From assembly GCA_023213395.1 (NCBI GenBank), contig CM041465.1:216759741-216823740 (forward strand): DNA of 64,000 bases. The letters run 5' to 3'. A model generated the notes under the pieces. The model ran no database searches, was not told the origin of the DNA, and was given only the letters and a program-made list of their open reading frames with translations. Position 1 is the first letter of the stretch; the number at the start of each line of letters is the position of its first letter. Of the stretch, positions 39,401 to 53,700 are shown one piece after another. The translations under genes were made by a program, and so were the position numbers. The stretch comes from Cycas panzhihuaensis (lineage: Eukaryota; Plantae; Cycadophyta).

Positions 39401-42400
39401 TGACCTTACCATCATAGACTTAGACTTAGAATATAGTATTCTCTTAGGAGGACCTTAAATTAATCAAATATCTATCGCTTATTCATCACTCTTTAATGAG
39501 CTTAGATTCATTAATAAGGGAGAGTTAAAGGTGGTCAAGCACAAAGATAAATCCATTAAGCAATCTGTTCTATTGGTGGAAACTATCTTGGAGATGGGGA
39601 AACCCTATAACTCCTTTAAATATTTCTTTTAATCTTTAGGCCTTAAGAAATACTTTACCATTAAGACTCTTTCCTTGTCTAAGTAAGAAGTTAAAGGCAT
39701 TAGCATGGTTGATAGTATTCCCTTAGGGGAAAGCTCTTCATCATGCCAATCTAGTGTGGAAATCTTTCAAAATCTTTCCTAATTCTTACACCTTTGGAGG
39801 AGACTTTTCCCCTCCATTCTATGAATTCTCTATAAAATTCTATTCAAATGGAATAAGACCTTAGTCACCGTGCTAGTTTGTCATCACATTAAGCAAATTA
39901 TGATGTTGATATATTGCAAAACAATCCCTGCTCATGGTAAGAAACCAGTTTCTTAGGTTCATCCTCTAATGAGCTAGATTTCACATGTGTCCTTTATTTA
40001 TATCATATGAATAATATTTCGAGCATTGTTGTGCCTATTGCTTGCCCTTCCAGGTGAGTATCTTTATCTCAAGCTCTCACTTCTTCATCTAATAAAGTAA
40101 CTTATTGTGAGTCTCCTTTCTAAATTGTATGGTTTAATTGACATGGTGAGAAACTCCTCATATATAAATATCCTGATCTCTCACCTTTAAAAGATAAAAC
40201 ATCCCCTTTACATACCTCGCCCAAACTAAGTTCGACACATAGGAGAGAATTTAGAGAGGTCAACATGATTACTACTATCTCTCTCTTAGCTAATGAGATT
40301 GTTTAGGAGGATATTATACCATCTCTCACCCATGTATCACCTCTTGTGAATCACCTTACAAATGATAAGTCTAGTTTTCATCAGATTATGTAGTCAAATT
40401 GGGAGTTTCTTGAGCATCTTAGTCCATTTTCATATATTCCCATGATAATAGATATCTTTGTAAAATAAGGCCATGTTTTTCTTATAAAGACACCTCTTTC
40501 AAGTTTACCTCATCTTTCTCAACCTCATCCTAAAGGTTCTATCTTTAGAGATCTCTTTAATCTCGATCATTTCTAGAATGATGAGGTAATTCTAGAGCAC
40601 TTAGCTAAAGCCTCACCCAATCTCCCTCTCAATCATCATAAGCTTAGTTTTGGTCATCTTATTTTATCTTTATCTAGATTAGATCAACCTTCACAAGACC
40701 ATCCACCTTTTTCAAGTCCTACCCCTCCTCACTTCGAGAAAGGGAATGTTATACTTGTCAATGAGACAATAGATATTGATTTGGAGATGGGTAAAACTCT
40801 AAAATAATCAAAATATGAGTAGACTACTCCCTAGAAGAAGTAAAATAACTCAAGGAGCTTTTTTAAAAGTTTATATTAGTCTCTACCTAGGATTACAATG
40901 ACAAGCAAAGCCTTCACCCCTAATGTTATAGTCCATAACATCACCATAATTCTAGGGGCCACATCTAAAAGGTAGAAACAAAGACCTGTCTACCTTCATC
41001 TATCAATGACTATTAAATAAGAAGTTGAGAAACTTATAAAAGTAAGATTCATCAAGAGTATTGACTATTCATAATGGGTCTCTAACATAGTCCCTATTAC
41101 TAAAAGGAATGGGTCAATTCGAAGATGTATTAATTTTCATGATATCAATGATGCTTGTCATAAGGATAATTTTCCTCTCCTATTATTGGATCAAATTTAG
41201 GAGTAGACTATTGGTTTTGAAGTTATATCCCTTATGGACGATAGTATAATTAAATTTTTATCTCTCCTAAAGACCATCACAAGACTACCTTTACCACTCC
41301 ATAGGGAACCTATAAGGTTATGCCATTTGGCCTCAAAAATATTGGAGCCACCTACCAACGGGATATGGTTTTTATCTTTCATGACTACATCGAAGTTATA
41401 ATAGTCATGTACTTGGATGACATGTTTGCTCTATCCCACTATAAGAGAGATCATATTAAATATTTAAGAACCATCTTTGAATGATACCATAAATTTTACC
41501 TTTGTCTCAATCTAACCAAATATATGTTTGATGTTACTTCAAGAAAGATACTAAGAAACATAGTCTCCTATGATAGTATAAGGGTATACCCTAAAAAGGT
41601 AATAGTTATTATCAAATTCCACTACTATGAACTTAGAAATAAGTTAAATCATTTCTTGGCAAGTTGGGTTTTTATAGTGATTCATTACAAACTTTGCATT
41701 AAATGACAAGCCCATTACTAACCTTCTAAAAAAGGGAGCTTCCCTTACTTAGATTACACTTATTCAAGAGTCTTTTGATAAATCAAAGCATGCATTAAGC
41801 TTAGCCCCTACACTTGCTTCTCCCCTCTTTGATAAACACTTCATCTTTTATGCATCTTCTATGGAAGAATCCCTTGGGGGTATGCTTGCTCAAGAAGATG
41901 AATTTGGGAGAGAGTGAGTTATTTGCTTTATAAGACCCTTGTTGCTATTAAAGTCAACTACTCCCATTCAAAGAAAGAATGTCTATGATTAATATTTGCT
42001 ACTAAGAAACTACACCATTTTCTTCTTGGCAACACCACCTTCCTCATTATCCAATCTGACCAAATTTGTTTCTTGCTCACTAAGAGCGATCACATTAGGT
42101 AAGTAGGCAAATGAGTGTTCTTTTTACAAGAATTTGATTTCCAAATAGTTAACTAAAAATTCAATAAGGGTATAGCGGTTGCCAAGATGATGGTAGAAGC
42201 ACCCTTTCCAAATCTAACTAATGAATCTATTGACAACAGGTTCCTTAATGAATAAATCCTTCAAGTATATAGCATCCCACTAGAAGAAGTATAATATAAA
42301 GAAATCAAGTCTTATCTCTTAAATGAAACCTTTTCTTCTTTATTTTCCTCAAAGAAGAAAAGGTAAATTAGGGCTACTACCTGCCAGTATCTACTTTTAG

Positions 42401-43530
42401 ATGATATCCTCTACAAGCATTCTTTTGATGGAATCCTATTAAGATGCCTCTCCCTTTTTTAGGCTTCAATTGTCCTAACTTAATGTCTTGATGATATATG
42501 GAGGCCATTTTGGGGGCCAGTCCATAAATCAGCGTATTCCTTAAATGGGATACTATTGCCCATCATTATTTAAACATGCTCAGTCATATATCCAAAAGTG
42601 TAAGAAATTCCAAACACATGCTACTTATACACCAACCTGCTTAAGCTCTTAAGTCTATTATTTCTCCATGGACTTTCTCTTAATGTGGACTTGACTTTAT
42701 TATTCAAATTTTTCCCCTATCCTCAAGTGGCCACAAGTTTATTCTAATTGCTATTGACTATTTCACTAAGTGGAATAAAGTCATTCCATTAGTCTCTGCT
42801 ACTAGAAAGATTATTACTACATTCATCTTCTAGCATATCATTTACAAATTTGGGATTCCCAACCTATCATTATTGACAATTAAACTTCATTTTGGAATCC
42901 TCAAATAGATAAGTTGTGTGAGAAATTTTATATTATCCATTGTCTTTTAGCTCCTTATCATCCCCAAGCTAATGATCAAGTTAAAGCCTTTAACAAAATA
43001 ATAGTTAGGATTTTGGCCAAGACTATGGCTAGATCCTACCCTGACTAGCATGTTTAATTATTTCCTACATTATGGGCCTATTGTACTTCTATTTAAAATG
43101 CAATAGGTATGATACCTTTCTCTCTAGTACATGGTTTTGAGCTCATTTGCCTCTATAGGTTGAGATCTGATCTTTATATATGTCTTTAAAAAAATTTACC
43201 AATGAGGAATACTAATAAGAAGCTTGTCTATTATAGTTGGAAAAAATAGATGAAACATGCCTAACAACCTTATAAAATAATCTTACCTTTAAAATTACAG
43301 CTCAAGTAGCTCATGATAGGCAATTAAGACCTCACAAGTTTTGTGTTGGTGGAAAAGTGATTAAGTTTGAGTATCTTCATAATAAGTAATGAAAGTTTGC
43401 CGCTAAATAGATAGGACCTTACCTTATCATCAAAGATCTTAAGAATGGTGCATATCACATCTCTACTCTTAATGGCCTTAAATTTCAAAATCCAGTTAAT
43501 TCACAGCTCCTACAAAAGCTCTATGCTTAA
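36440..43530 (+). pseudogene. Tat-B gag-pol, strongly decayed
   Basis: gag core (~37790-38000, LQGDAL*WFYHLP), protease IIDESLLVNVIP (~39230), RT MPFGLK and MYLDD (~41320-41420), RH KKEC (~41970), integrase IDYFTKW (~42750), stop TAA 43528-43530. Start approximate. Confidence 0.88.
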
Positions 43531-45063
43531 AAATTAGAACATCACATCCCTCCGTAATGAGTATAAACTGTGGATTTAAGAAACTTATCTATTAAAGAGC
43601 CTAAATTATAGTAGCCTCCCCCATCCTATAAGATGGATATCCCTCTGTAATGAGGATAAAAAGATGGTTTTAAAAGTCACACCATCTAATGAGCTTAAAC
43701 TATGGTTAATTCTTCTCTCTCTATTTTTAAACATCACTTTGATACATATATAGCTTTCCTCCTTCTTTGTCTTAGCTCCCTAATCAAGCTTGATGCTTTC
43801 TCACATGTAAATCAATCATAACAATCATGTAAGACTACCATCTCACTACTAGATATAGGCATTATTTATTAGGCACATACTTTAACTTTACTTACTCTAA
43901 CTATAGCATTATTACTCCTCCTTCCTAAGTTTCATACTTAGGAGGTAAGGGAGACCCCCAACTTTGATTATAAAGGCAATAGTTAAGTATAAGCATAGAT
44001 AGTCAGCTTCTTCTATTATGTGAGGGACTTGTTCCTTTTGAGACTTTCACCCATGACTTTTAGATCTTGGCTTACTTTGCTCTTTTGTGAACTTATGAAT
44101 GCCCTTCATAGATTTGCTAACCATTTACCTACACTTGTTCAACCTTTTATTTACTATGGTTCCTAACATCTTTTCATTATTCTCCTAAGGTTGTTGCTCA
44201 TTTTGTTGTCATCCCCTTACACTTAGAGACACTTTTATTTAGAGATCCTTTCAACTCCCATAGTTCAACCTTCAAGGATTCAAGTTTTTTCTCTCATCTT
44301 CTTAGTTTTATTAAAAAGATTACCCTTAATGTAGCTTGAGAAGTTTCGATGTTTCATGATTAGGTTGATCATCATTTACTTAGTATGTTCATTCTCTCTT
44401 TTCATCGTATCTCAACAAAAATTGTGTGATAATTATAGTCTAGTGATGAAGGATTATCTTCTAAAAATTGGGTTCAATGATACTTAGTTCACCATGACTC
44501 TCATATGAACCTTTGTATGGAATGATAGTAGTGGAGTTTTAAAAAAAAGAAGGAAGCTAGTCAAGAAAGAAAGTTATCCCTTTATACTTTGCATCCTCTT
44601 ATAATTCAAAGCAAGTCACATGATGACATTGTCCCCACCTATATTAGTGTAGTTTGGGTTCATTATGATATGTCATTCAAGACCTTTGGATCTAGTTGCT
44701 TAGGCCCATCGTGGTCTCAACTACGATCAAAATTTGTTTGACAATCTACAGCATTTTACTTTCATATGTATTTTGGGCGATACTCTTATGATAAGAAAAC
44801 CTAATCATGATCCTATCTCCTTCTCATCTTATAATTAAAACCAAGTCTTTTATATAGGAACCACTTCCTCATATGTTAATTCTCGCATCTTCCCCATATC
44901 TACCATTTTATCTTTGAGTTTAATCCTTTCTTACCATAGCATTGAGTAGAGATATCAATGGGGGCAATCAAGGTAATCTATGAGTGTTTATTATTACATG
45001 GGTAGTTCATGACTAATTAAGAAATCTCTTAACCTATGTTGGTATGTCCCTACCTCAACCAAC

Positions 45064-46909
45064 TATTCCCTAGCTTATGAGAATGGGATTTGGATGATCA
45101 ATCAAGTAAGGTAAGTACAAGTATGTTCCTATCCTTTTTACTCTTTATTTGACTTATGCTTGAGATTATGAAACGGATATATGCTTGTTGATTGATGATG
45201 ATCAGGATGTAAGTCTATGGCTCTGGTGTCCCCTTGCTAGTCTTCCCATGATTAGAAAAGACACCTCCCTAATTCTCTTGCAGCTTATTTAATCTTGATT
45301 GTCACCTTATCTTCTTAATGTTTAGACTTAATTCCATCTTTTTACCACCCATTTTGACTGATAAAGGGTTTAAGATCTATTATTCATCAGGTTGTCTAAT
45401 TACATGAAGATTTTATTGCCTAAAATCAACTTTGTTTTCATATCACATATTATTTTGATTATGTTCATGATACTATGAATATACTTGCAATACTATTGGT
45501 ATATCTATAATACTATAAATATATTTGTGGTACAACTATCACCAACTCATATTTGGGTTTAATGGTAATAACTGACTCTTAATTATAAATCTGTTAGACC
45601 TGATGCACCATAGCAGCCCCAGGTCAAGTCATATCCACCTTGAGAAGCTAAATAAGACTCAATCTTTTGCTCATCTCTATGCTTGTTTTATCAAACCATA
45701 AGCATGACTCATACTTTTTAGGAGGTTATTTTCTCCATATTGTGGGCAAAAAACCACCATCTCTCTACATCATTTTCACCTATAAATCCCTCTCTATTTT
45801 CCAAAGAGAGGGGGAAACAAATTAAGACTTAAGCTACTATATCGTTATGTTGTAAGGATTCTACTAGACACTAGCAACTTGGGACTAAACACCTAGCTAT
45901 ACTTTGAGAGAGCACAAGCAAGTCTTTATAAATCATTGAGGAGCCTTTGAGGGAGTGAGTTATAGTAACCATTAGCCTTATCTATTTCCAAGGTATAGGT
46001 ATATGCCTCCTCCCTTGTTTAGGTAAGTCTTCCCTCTCAACTTCATCTAATTCATACCAAGATGTGTGGTTTTAAGATGATTATATGTTAAGTAGTTCCT
46101 TTGAAGTCTATTTCCTTTTATTGAATGAGTTATATGTCCTTTTGCTCCTTTTTCCTTGTTCTTAATTAGTGTATTTCAACAAGCTATAGGATTTAGGGAG
46201 GTTTCCTAAGTACATATTAGGAAACTGCTCATATTTAGGGGATGGTTGCCATCCTGAGGCACCCCCATATCCATTTCATTATATTTTCTTTCACTTATAT
46301 TTGAGGTATCTTGTGTGAAGCTTTGAATCCTATTTTGTGAGCTAAATACAAGGTTGAAATATCATTGATTATTCCATTGCTTTTCTTTCTTCTATGATTC
46401 ACTAACTTACATGTAAGAGAAAGAAACATAACTTTTAAAATCATGAATCCACCACATCCACTTAAGAGAAGTTGTGACCATTGCCTATATTAACTACATC
46501 TCAAGGAGGTAAGTTATAAGTTCATTTGGTTAAACTTTCTTTTGAATTTAGTGATTTGTTACTCTCTTTTTTCGTCATAAGAGATATTCAGCAAGCCAAA
46601 ACACTATCAAATTTTCCTCCTAGGTAGGTAAGTATTAGCGCTTTTTACTTCTATTGCATAAGGAATGTTGTAGGTTTATAGGCAAGAGACAATGCTTCTC
46701 CAACCATCTCAATTCTAGGTACGCATCTTTTTCCTCACTCTTTCTTTACACTTTTTTGTCCTTTTTGTTTCATTAAAAAAAGAAAATAAAAGAAATAGGA
46801 AAGAAAGAATTAATGAATAAAAAATGAAAAGGGATAAGAGAGAGAAGAAATAGTATGTGAACTTCTATATTCTTCTTTTTTCCCTTTTTCTCTTTGCTTT
46901 CCTTAAAAA

Positions 46910-46961
<52 letters not shown>

Positions 46962-47543
46962 GAAGAAGAGAGAAATATGCTTTAGGTTATCTACCTATTT
47001 TCATTTATTGCCCTCTTTCCCCTCTCAACTCCTAAAAAAAAAAAAAGGAAAAGTAAATGCTTTACCTTTCTTTACAGTTTCTCTTTTATGCACTTGCATC
47101 TATTTGTGCCTTAGCATTACATTTTAGAGTAGGGCTCCAAAGTGTTAGATTACATCTTAGGTAGTTAACCCTACACATGAGGAGGTATCATGCTCATGTG
47201 AGTCCCAAATTCATAAGGGAGAAACAAAAACCTATTAGGAAAAAGTAAGAGTATTTATTGAAAGAAAAAAAACACATAGTTTCACTTAGTAGTATGTAGT
47301 ATATTTTCATTACATAGTTGTGTATTTCTTCCACTTGTATACACACATAGTATCATTTAAGTGCCCTTGGTTCAGGCTTATACGGAAAACTGAAACTACT
47401 ACCCTTGCACTCGCACTCAAATACCGCATAGGCGCCCTTTGTGGGTGTTTTAAGATTAGTCATATACGTATAAAACTCAACACCTTAGGTTCATTGTCAC
47501 CTAATTGTAACCATCTTATATTGCCCTCACTAAGGGCATTTCA
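45064..47543 (+). repeat. Tat-C 5' LTR (~2.48 kb)
   Basis: Starts TATTCCC (TGTTCCC in the 3' copy), ends TTCA before the PBS; TATAAAT at 45781. Confidence 0.9.
46913..46956. repeat. (AG)22 microsatellite in the Tat-C LTR
   Basis: Directly visible; source of the REREREREE ORF 46894-47127. Confidence 0.95.
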
Positions 47544-47544
47544 C

Positions 47545-47564
47545 TGGTGACTATATTGGGGATT
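47545..47564 (+). promoter_or_regulatory. Tat-C primer-binding site, tRNA-Arg-like
   Basis: TGGTGACTATATTGGGGAT versus Arg PBS TGGCGACTCCACTGGGGAT; differences are mostly C>T. Confidence 0.75.
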
Positions 47565-47829
47565 CATTGGTAGGAGAGCTAAATGTTTACCTTAGGCATC
47601 TTATACCTCTTTTCTCTGTATTCCAGTTAGTTAGGGTGTTAAGTAGCTATCAGCATCATCCCTAACATCACCTTATTCCCATCTTTTTATAAGGGAGTAA
47701 TAAACCCATTCATGTGCTACATATTGCACTAATTATGTGGGTTACCTCCTTTAGAAGTCCTACATGTTTATGCCCCTATTGAATCAAGTGACTAAGAGTC
47801 ACTGATTGAGGAATACCTAATTAATTTGG

Positions 47830-50800
47830 CATATGACTCATACTCCCATGATTGGCTCCTACTTGAGGCCTCCTACTCCTATGAGGATCCTGCCCATACT
47901 GGCATTAATCCTTTTTACCAACCACAAGAATAAATGGAATCCTACCTTGTGGCCCCTCATCCATATGTACCTGAAGGGCCCTAGATTCATGTTCATGCTT
48001 CATATCCATAGCATGTATCAAATCCTTTTCTAATATACCAGGGTCAATATGGACTGTCATCAGCCTCCAAAGACCCAACACATATGCCACCCATAGATGT
48101 GATAAAGGATTTAAGGGAGTGTTTTAAAGTGGCTGTTAATCAACCCCCCCCCCTCCTAAAAAAAAAAAGGTTGCAAAGATTCCTCCCTAGCTCATCGCTT
48201 ACCACCTCCACCATTCCCCCACTTACCTCTACTCAACCACCACCACCTAGTCTTTTGAAAGCTACTTCTATTGAATTTATTTCCACAAGTGCTTTGATTG
48301 ATAATGAACCTCCATAAGGTATGTAAGCCTCACAAGTGGGGGTAAATGCACCCCCTCTCCACACCACCATTTCTTAATCAAGCATGCCTCATTTGCCTCC
48401 TATACCCACCATACCTCCATGCCCTCACTACCAAGGGCAAGGAGGATCACTCCCCATTCACCCTCATTTGCAATATGGGGATTTGTCCTTATATGTTCCC
48501 CCTTATTATAATTCATAATCATGGGGGCATGGGGTTTAAACACCCTACCAATATATGGGATAGACCCTCTCCACCTATACTAGGTTACCCCTCTTATTGG
48601 GGGTCCATTTGGGTAAAATCCTTTGCCCCATCCCTCTTCTCAATAAACGTCACCAAATCCACCCATGGTCCCCCTTCAAGGAGGACTCCCACCTTCTTAT
48701 TCTTCTACTCATTACCTCTTTATCCCTTTGGGAGCACATGTGGGCATGTCTCATGTTTATCCCCCACATCCAAGGGGTGGCCTGAGGCACCCTCGCTCAC
48801 CTCCTTATTCGTCCTATCTTTATGGAGGACCACCACCTCCTCTACATCAATTAGGATGGGCCCCATATACCCTTTCCTCTTATCCTTCTTATCATCAAGG
48901 TCATGGACCCTATCCATCCCCATGTTACCCATCCTATATGAGTGGTGGATACCCTTATGAGGCGCTTACCTATACCCTAACTGATCCATTAGCTCAACAG
49001 GGTGGTGTGCCTCTTTGTAGATTATAGATCAAGCCCTCTCTCAGTTAAAGCGTTGTAGATTAACTTACCACTCCATCCCCCTGAAGTGCCTAAATTTTAT
49101 GACACTTCCTCATAATATCATATTAATCGTGTTAAGGCTTTTTCCATGGCATATATTGATTACTAGGCATATGACCATATTTTGATGAAATTATTCCCTC
49201 AATCACTCCAAGAGGATGCATTAAAGTGGTTTTATCGCCTCCCTGTGCACTCCATTTCTACCTTTCAATAATTAGTTGACATATTCATCAACTATTTTGA
49301 TGTGGCTCAACCATTTAAGAGTAGGGTTAAAGCTTTGTTCTCACTTAAACAAGGTCACGAAGAATTAAATCATGATGTTGTTCATTGTTTTATGATCTCC
49401 TTCATTCTTCTCAGGCCATGTTGTTGGAAGAATTGAAGAGAGATATTTTTATTAATGCATTACACCATGAGATATACGTAGAAATACTCAAAATAAGGGT
49501 GACAATATGTGAGTCTATTATAGTTAAATGCTTGGCATTCGAATCTATTAAGATCCAAGTTGGTCTTTAAAAAATCACTAAAAACTCACAACACCATGAG
49601 GCACCACCTCCCCTGCATAACCATAATGGGCAACAACAATAACAAACATCTAGGCCTTCTGTTAGTATGACTAATAAGACCTTGGATCCTTTGACTTCTA
49701 TTGTTTGCTCTTTTGAGTGAATGATTTGTGATCTAAAATTACAACCTTCTCAACCCTCGCCAAAGTCACATCAACCTTAACCAAGATATCAGTAGGTCTA
49801 CCAAGCTGCCCAAACTCTCCTGCCTAAAAATGATGGTACTCAAGCACCCTAAAGGAAGAGGGTAAGGCTTCCTCCTAAAAAGAAATGGTACTCGATCCAT
49901 AGTGAGTTCACACATAATAACTCGAGGTGTTAGACCTAACACCATAAAATTACACCACCATGTAACCCCCCATCTCAATGTGCTTCTAAACCTAACTTGG
50001 AGCAACCTATACAGGAAGACCCATTCCCCAATCATGAGGAATAGGACCAAACCACATAACAATAAAGCCAACAAATAAGGAATAGAAGAGGGGCTCAACC
50101 TCCTCCCATGGACTAATTAAAGGGCAAGGAACCCACTAATACCTCATCCCCATCGAGCCTAAGGCTTAACCAACTACATCCTCCCAACCCAAGAATAAGG
50201 GTAAGAGGATTATTTAATTGCTTAAGACCATCCAAGTGTGTCCTATCATACTGTCCCAAGCTATGAAGGAGGATGACAAGGCCTCTACTTTATAACAACC
50301 CACTTCTTCAAAGAATCTTCCAATTGAGAGTCCTGTAGTCCCCAAGACCATCCTAATGCATTTGGGGTGCTACAATTGTAGGCATACCAGTCTCTAACCC
50401 CCTAGGAAGGGGAAAGCTTTTTTTATCATTTAGGAACTCCATATAATTTCAATTAGAATATCCATGATGGATGTTCTAAAGAGTTGCCTCAATTAAAGAG
50501 CTCTCTTTTAAGAAGCATTAGGGTGCAATGACATACTAATTCATACCATAGGCACCTCTTTATCATAGGACTTGCGCTTATTACTTTTGACCCATGCAAC
50601 CTCCCATCCACTAATGATAAATAACTTTATTAGTATTATCCATTTATGATCACAATAAAGACGTCTGAGTTTGCCTTGAAGAGAACCATTTTGGACAACA
50701 ATTCTTTGATCAATGATATACCCATATGCATACTTGAAAATCTAGGCATATAGGTTATCAAGCCCATCCCTTAGAAATGCCAAGTGTACGATAGGAGTAA

Positions 50801-51300
50801 AAATGTGCCATTAGGGATAGTGACCCTGCCTCTCACTCTCAAAGATAAGACTATCCCCACTGAGATTGTTGTCCTAGATATAGATGTAGACTATAATCTG
50901 CTTCTTGGGTGACCTTGGTTAGATCACATGGGGGAAATTTATTCTTCCTTATGGGGTTAACTCAAATTTATCCATGAGGGACAAGTGACAGTTGTGGCTC
51001 ATGAGTTTCCTCCTTCTTGTATGTCTACACCCACTTGCCAAGCTATCTTCGATGCTGAAGATAGTGATCCTAGTAAGCCACATCCTTCCATTGAGGCCTT
51101 CTTCTAAGGCCCCAATTCTTACCATTATGATGAACCACCCTCTTATAGCCTTAGTTTAATTCACTTTGCCCTTATAGGCATAGGTAACTATAGTTACCTA
51201 GCCATCCTTAGTGACCTTATGTTAGATGCTAAGGGCCGTGAGCCACCCCATGGCATGTAGCTCTTGTTTCCCAAATGCCTAGGGAGTTATCCCATTAGGA
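47830..51300 (+). pseudogene. Tat-C gag-protease
   Basis: Pro-rich leader, gag core PEVPKF...LMKLFPQSLQEDALKWFY (~49080-49240), protease TILDNNSLIN (~50685), DYNLLLG*PWLD (~50890). Boundaries approximate. Confidence 0.85.
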
Positions 51301-53271
51301 TACTTCCCCTCCTTTTGGTCCTTCTATAACGACCCTCAATCCTATTCCCAAGTCACCTAATCGAATCCAACCTCCACCCTTATCTTTTGCCCAAGCAATG
51401 ATTTGATGGAGCACCCCTTGACATGTTGCTCATACATAAACCATCCCTCCATGATCTAGGTCCTCATCTAGGGCCAAGACCCATCCTACCCTTACATCAC
51501 AAGCCCTAAATAAGGTTTAGTATATGCCAGGTCCCCTATATCCTATCGCTTTATAATTTGGTTCTAACCAAGCTTTTCTTACTCGTAACAAAATTGACGA
51601 GTCAAAGTCACCATGATCCCATGATGGGCCCACTACCTATGGTTCATCCATCTCTATTCCTAGCCATGAGGCAAGATGCAATCTGTACGCTACTACCTTC
51701 CTCCTTATTTTGGACAGATCTTATTTAGACCTATTAGGTAGTTTTAGTAGCTCATGCCCTACCCTTATTAGGGATACCTATGCTCCAGTATGAGCTTAAA
51801 CTGCCAACCTTACTCTAAAATGAGCTTAAACTACTTTTGTTTATAGTATGTGTTGCCTTCCTATTGGGGGCACCATGCCATGCCATACCCATCACCTTAC
51901 TGTGATCCTTAACCACTAGCCAAATCCTACCCCATAAAGGTGTTGTACTCCATCATGAGTATAAATTGTCTTATGTAAATAATATTAACAAAATTTAGAA
52001 AAAAAAAAAAAAGTTCATTTAATTTTTTTATGTTTTTATACCTATAGGGTGCGGTTCCCCTTTGTACCTATGATGGTGCCTTATACTCCACGATGAGCAC
52101 CTTCCCATCCTCCATGGGCATTTCCCATGGGAGCATGGGACTTCCCCATAAGTATAAACTAGTAGCATAGCCCATCTATCTCATCTCCTATTGGTGTTTA
52201 TAGTCCATGGGACCTATTTTTCACCCCATTATCGATTTAGTACCCATGTAGGCTCTCCACATGTCAAATATTATTTGACCCCCTATTTCTTACTATTTTT
52301 TACTATTATTACTATTTGATTCCTACACCTAATTCATGTCTACAACTCAACTTGCTATTAGCTTTTTTACCTCTTTGACCACATCATTACCCATCTCATT
52401 AAGTTTTTAGGTACTTTTAGATCCCCTTGCATTAGCACATTCCTTAGTGACATCAAGTGATATTTCCACTTGTCACAATATCATCTATCCATTGTGATTT
52501 CACTTGGGTTTTGGTTGGGCACACTTATATCTTTAATGAGGCTACTTAGGATGATTCTTGCATGTCCTCAGTCATGACGGATGACTTAGTTCTCCATGGT
52601 CGCCATCCAGAGGACCTTACTCCATGCATACCCCATTTATAACACTCAGGATTATCACATGACTTGTCCCTTTATACCTTATGGTTCGACCTCTTTACTA
52701 GGTATTCATAGTGTGCCATTCATTCTGTTAAATTAATGTTTCTATAGCATCTCTCTTAGTTCTTTCATAATCTAGCCTAACTCTGCACCTACCTCACACT
52801 AGTTGGGCACATATACATATATCCCCTCTTGAAGCTACCTTGAAAAAAAAAAAAAGTCCAAAAGGAATATTATATATCTATATCTATACACATACACGCT
52901 AGGGGTACACTTTAGGAGAGGGATGTCCACCACCACCATCTTAGTATCTGGGGCCGGTTACATGACGATCTCATCCCGATGTATAATACATAGCTTAAGT
53001 TCAGTCAAGTGGGCTATTTGGGATGTTCAAATCTAGTAGTTTGGACCCACTAAGGTCTCAATCATGATTGAAACCCACTTAACACTGTTATTACTCTGTA
53101 TAGATTTTAGAGGAATTTTGTGATTCTGGTTAATAGTCATTCTTGAAAACTAAGAGCTCCTATCATTCCAATTAGAGTTTTACATCTTCCTTAATCCCTT
53201 TTAATGTTCGTTGATTCCCACCACTCCCCCCTATTCAATGATCATATCTTGAGTTTTCATTATATATCTTC

Positions 53272-53700
53272 ATGGCATTGATCATCCACAATGATGGGGG
53301 TAGCCATGGGAATTTGTGGCTTTCTGTTATAGCTTCGATCATTTAGGATCACCTTGGATATACTCTCATTTGCTCTAGACTTTACTTACCTAAAGCTACC
53401 AATAATGAAGCTAAGCACACCACCATTATAGGGGCTTTAATTGATGGAATCTACTTCTACCAAGGCTCCATCATTCTATGTTGTGACTCCTAAATTATCA
53501 TATCCTATCTTACCTAGGTTTATCGTATCTTTTGCCCATGATCAAGGTCTTTAGCTACATCTGCTAAATCCTTCCTAACCCATATTTTCTTAGTTGATAT
53601 TCACCATATTCCCCATGGACTTAACACCAAAGTGGATAGGTTAGTCAACTTCATTCTTAAGCACCATTTGCTATTAATAGACAATTCTCTTTTAGCCTAA
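53272..53700 (+). pseudogene. Stand-alone archaeal-type RNase HI (aRH) ORF in Tat-C (absent from the ORF track)
   Basis: 142 codons, 4 stops, no frameshift: MALIIHNDGGSHGN...KATNNEAKH...LCCDS*II...IHHIPHGLNTKVDRLVNFILK. The first Asp (DGGS), the DS Asp and the last Asp (KVD) are retained; the AEY Glu reads K (consistent with G>A). Collinear with 31232-31654. Confidence 0.9.

Larger units (their letters stand above)
15700..45063 (+). mobile_element. Tat-B: old Ty3/gypsy Tat-clade element, host of Tat-A; 5' LTR = (left edge uncertain, ~15.7 kb)-17123 plus 36111-36153; internal region 36154-45063; 3' end displaced by Tat-C
   Basis: Sequence resumes after the Tat-A TSD, ends ...TACCA (36153), and is followed by a decayed PBS (TGTGACCATACTAAGGA ~36159) and gag-pol. 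CCATCACCT (left of the insertion) pairs with AGGTGATTGG (right), supporting continuity. Left boundary is a guess. Confidence 0.65.

Noticed and set aside
44958-45063. PPT and start of the Tat-B 3' LTR
   Set aside because: GGGGGC is not followed by TG and the sequence does not match the 14-17 kb region; a similar internal GGGGGC occurs in Tat-A (~31917) upstream of its true PPT.
46894-47127. Arg/Glu-repeat protein
   Set aside because: Translation of an (AG)n microsatellite within an LTR.
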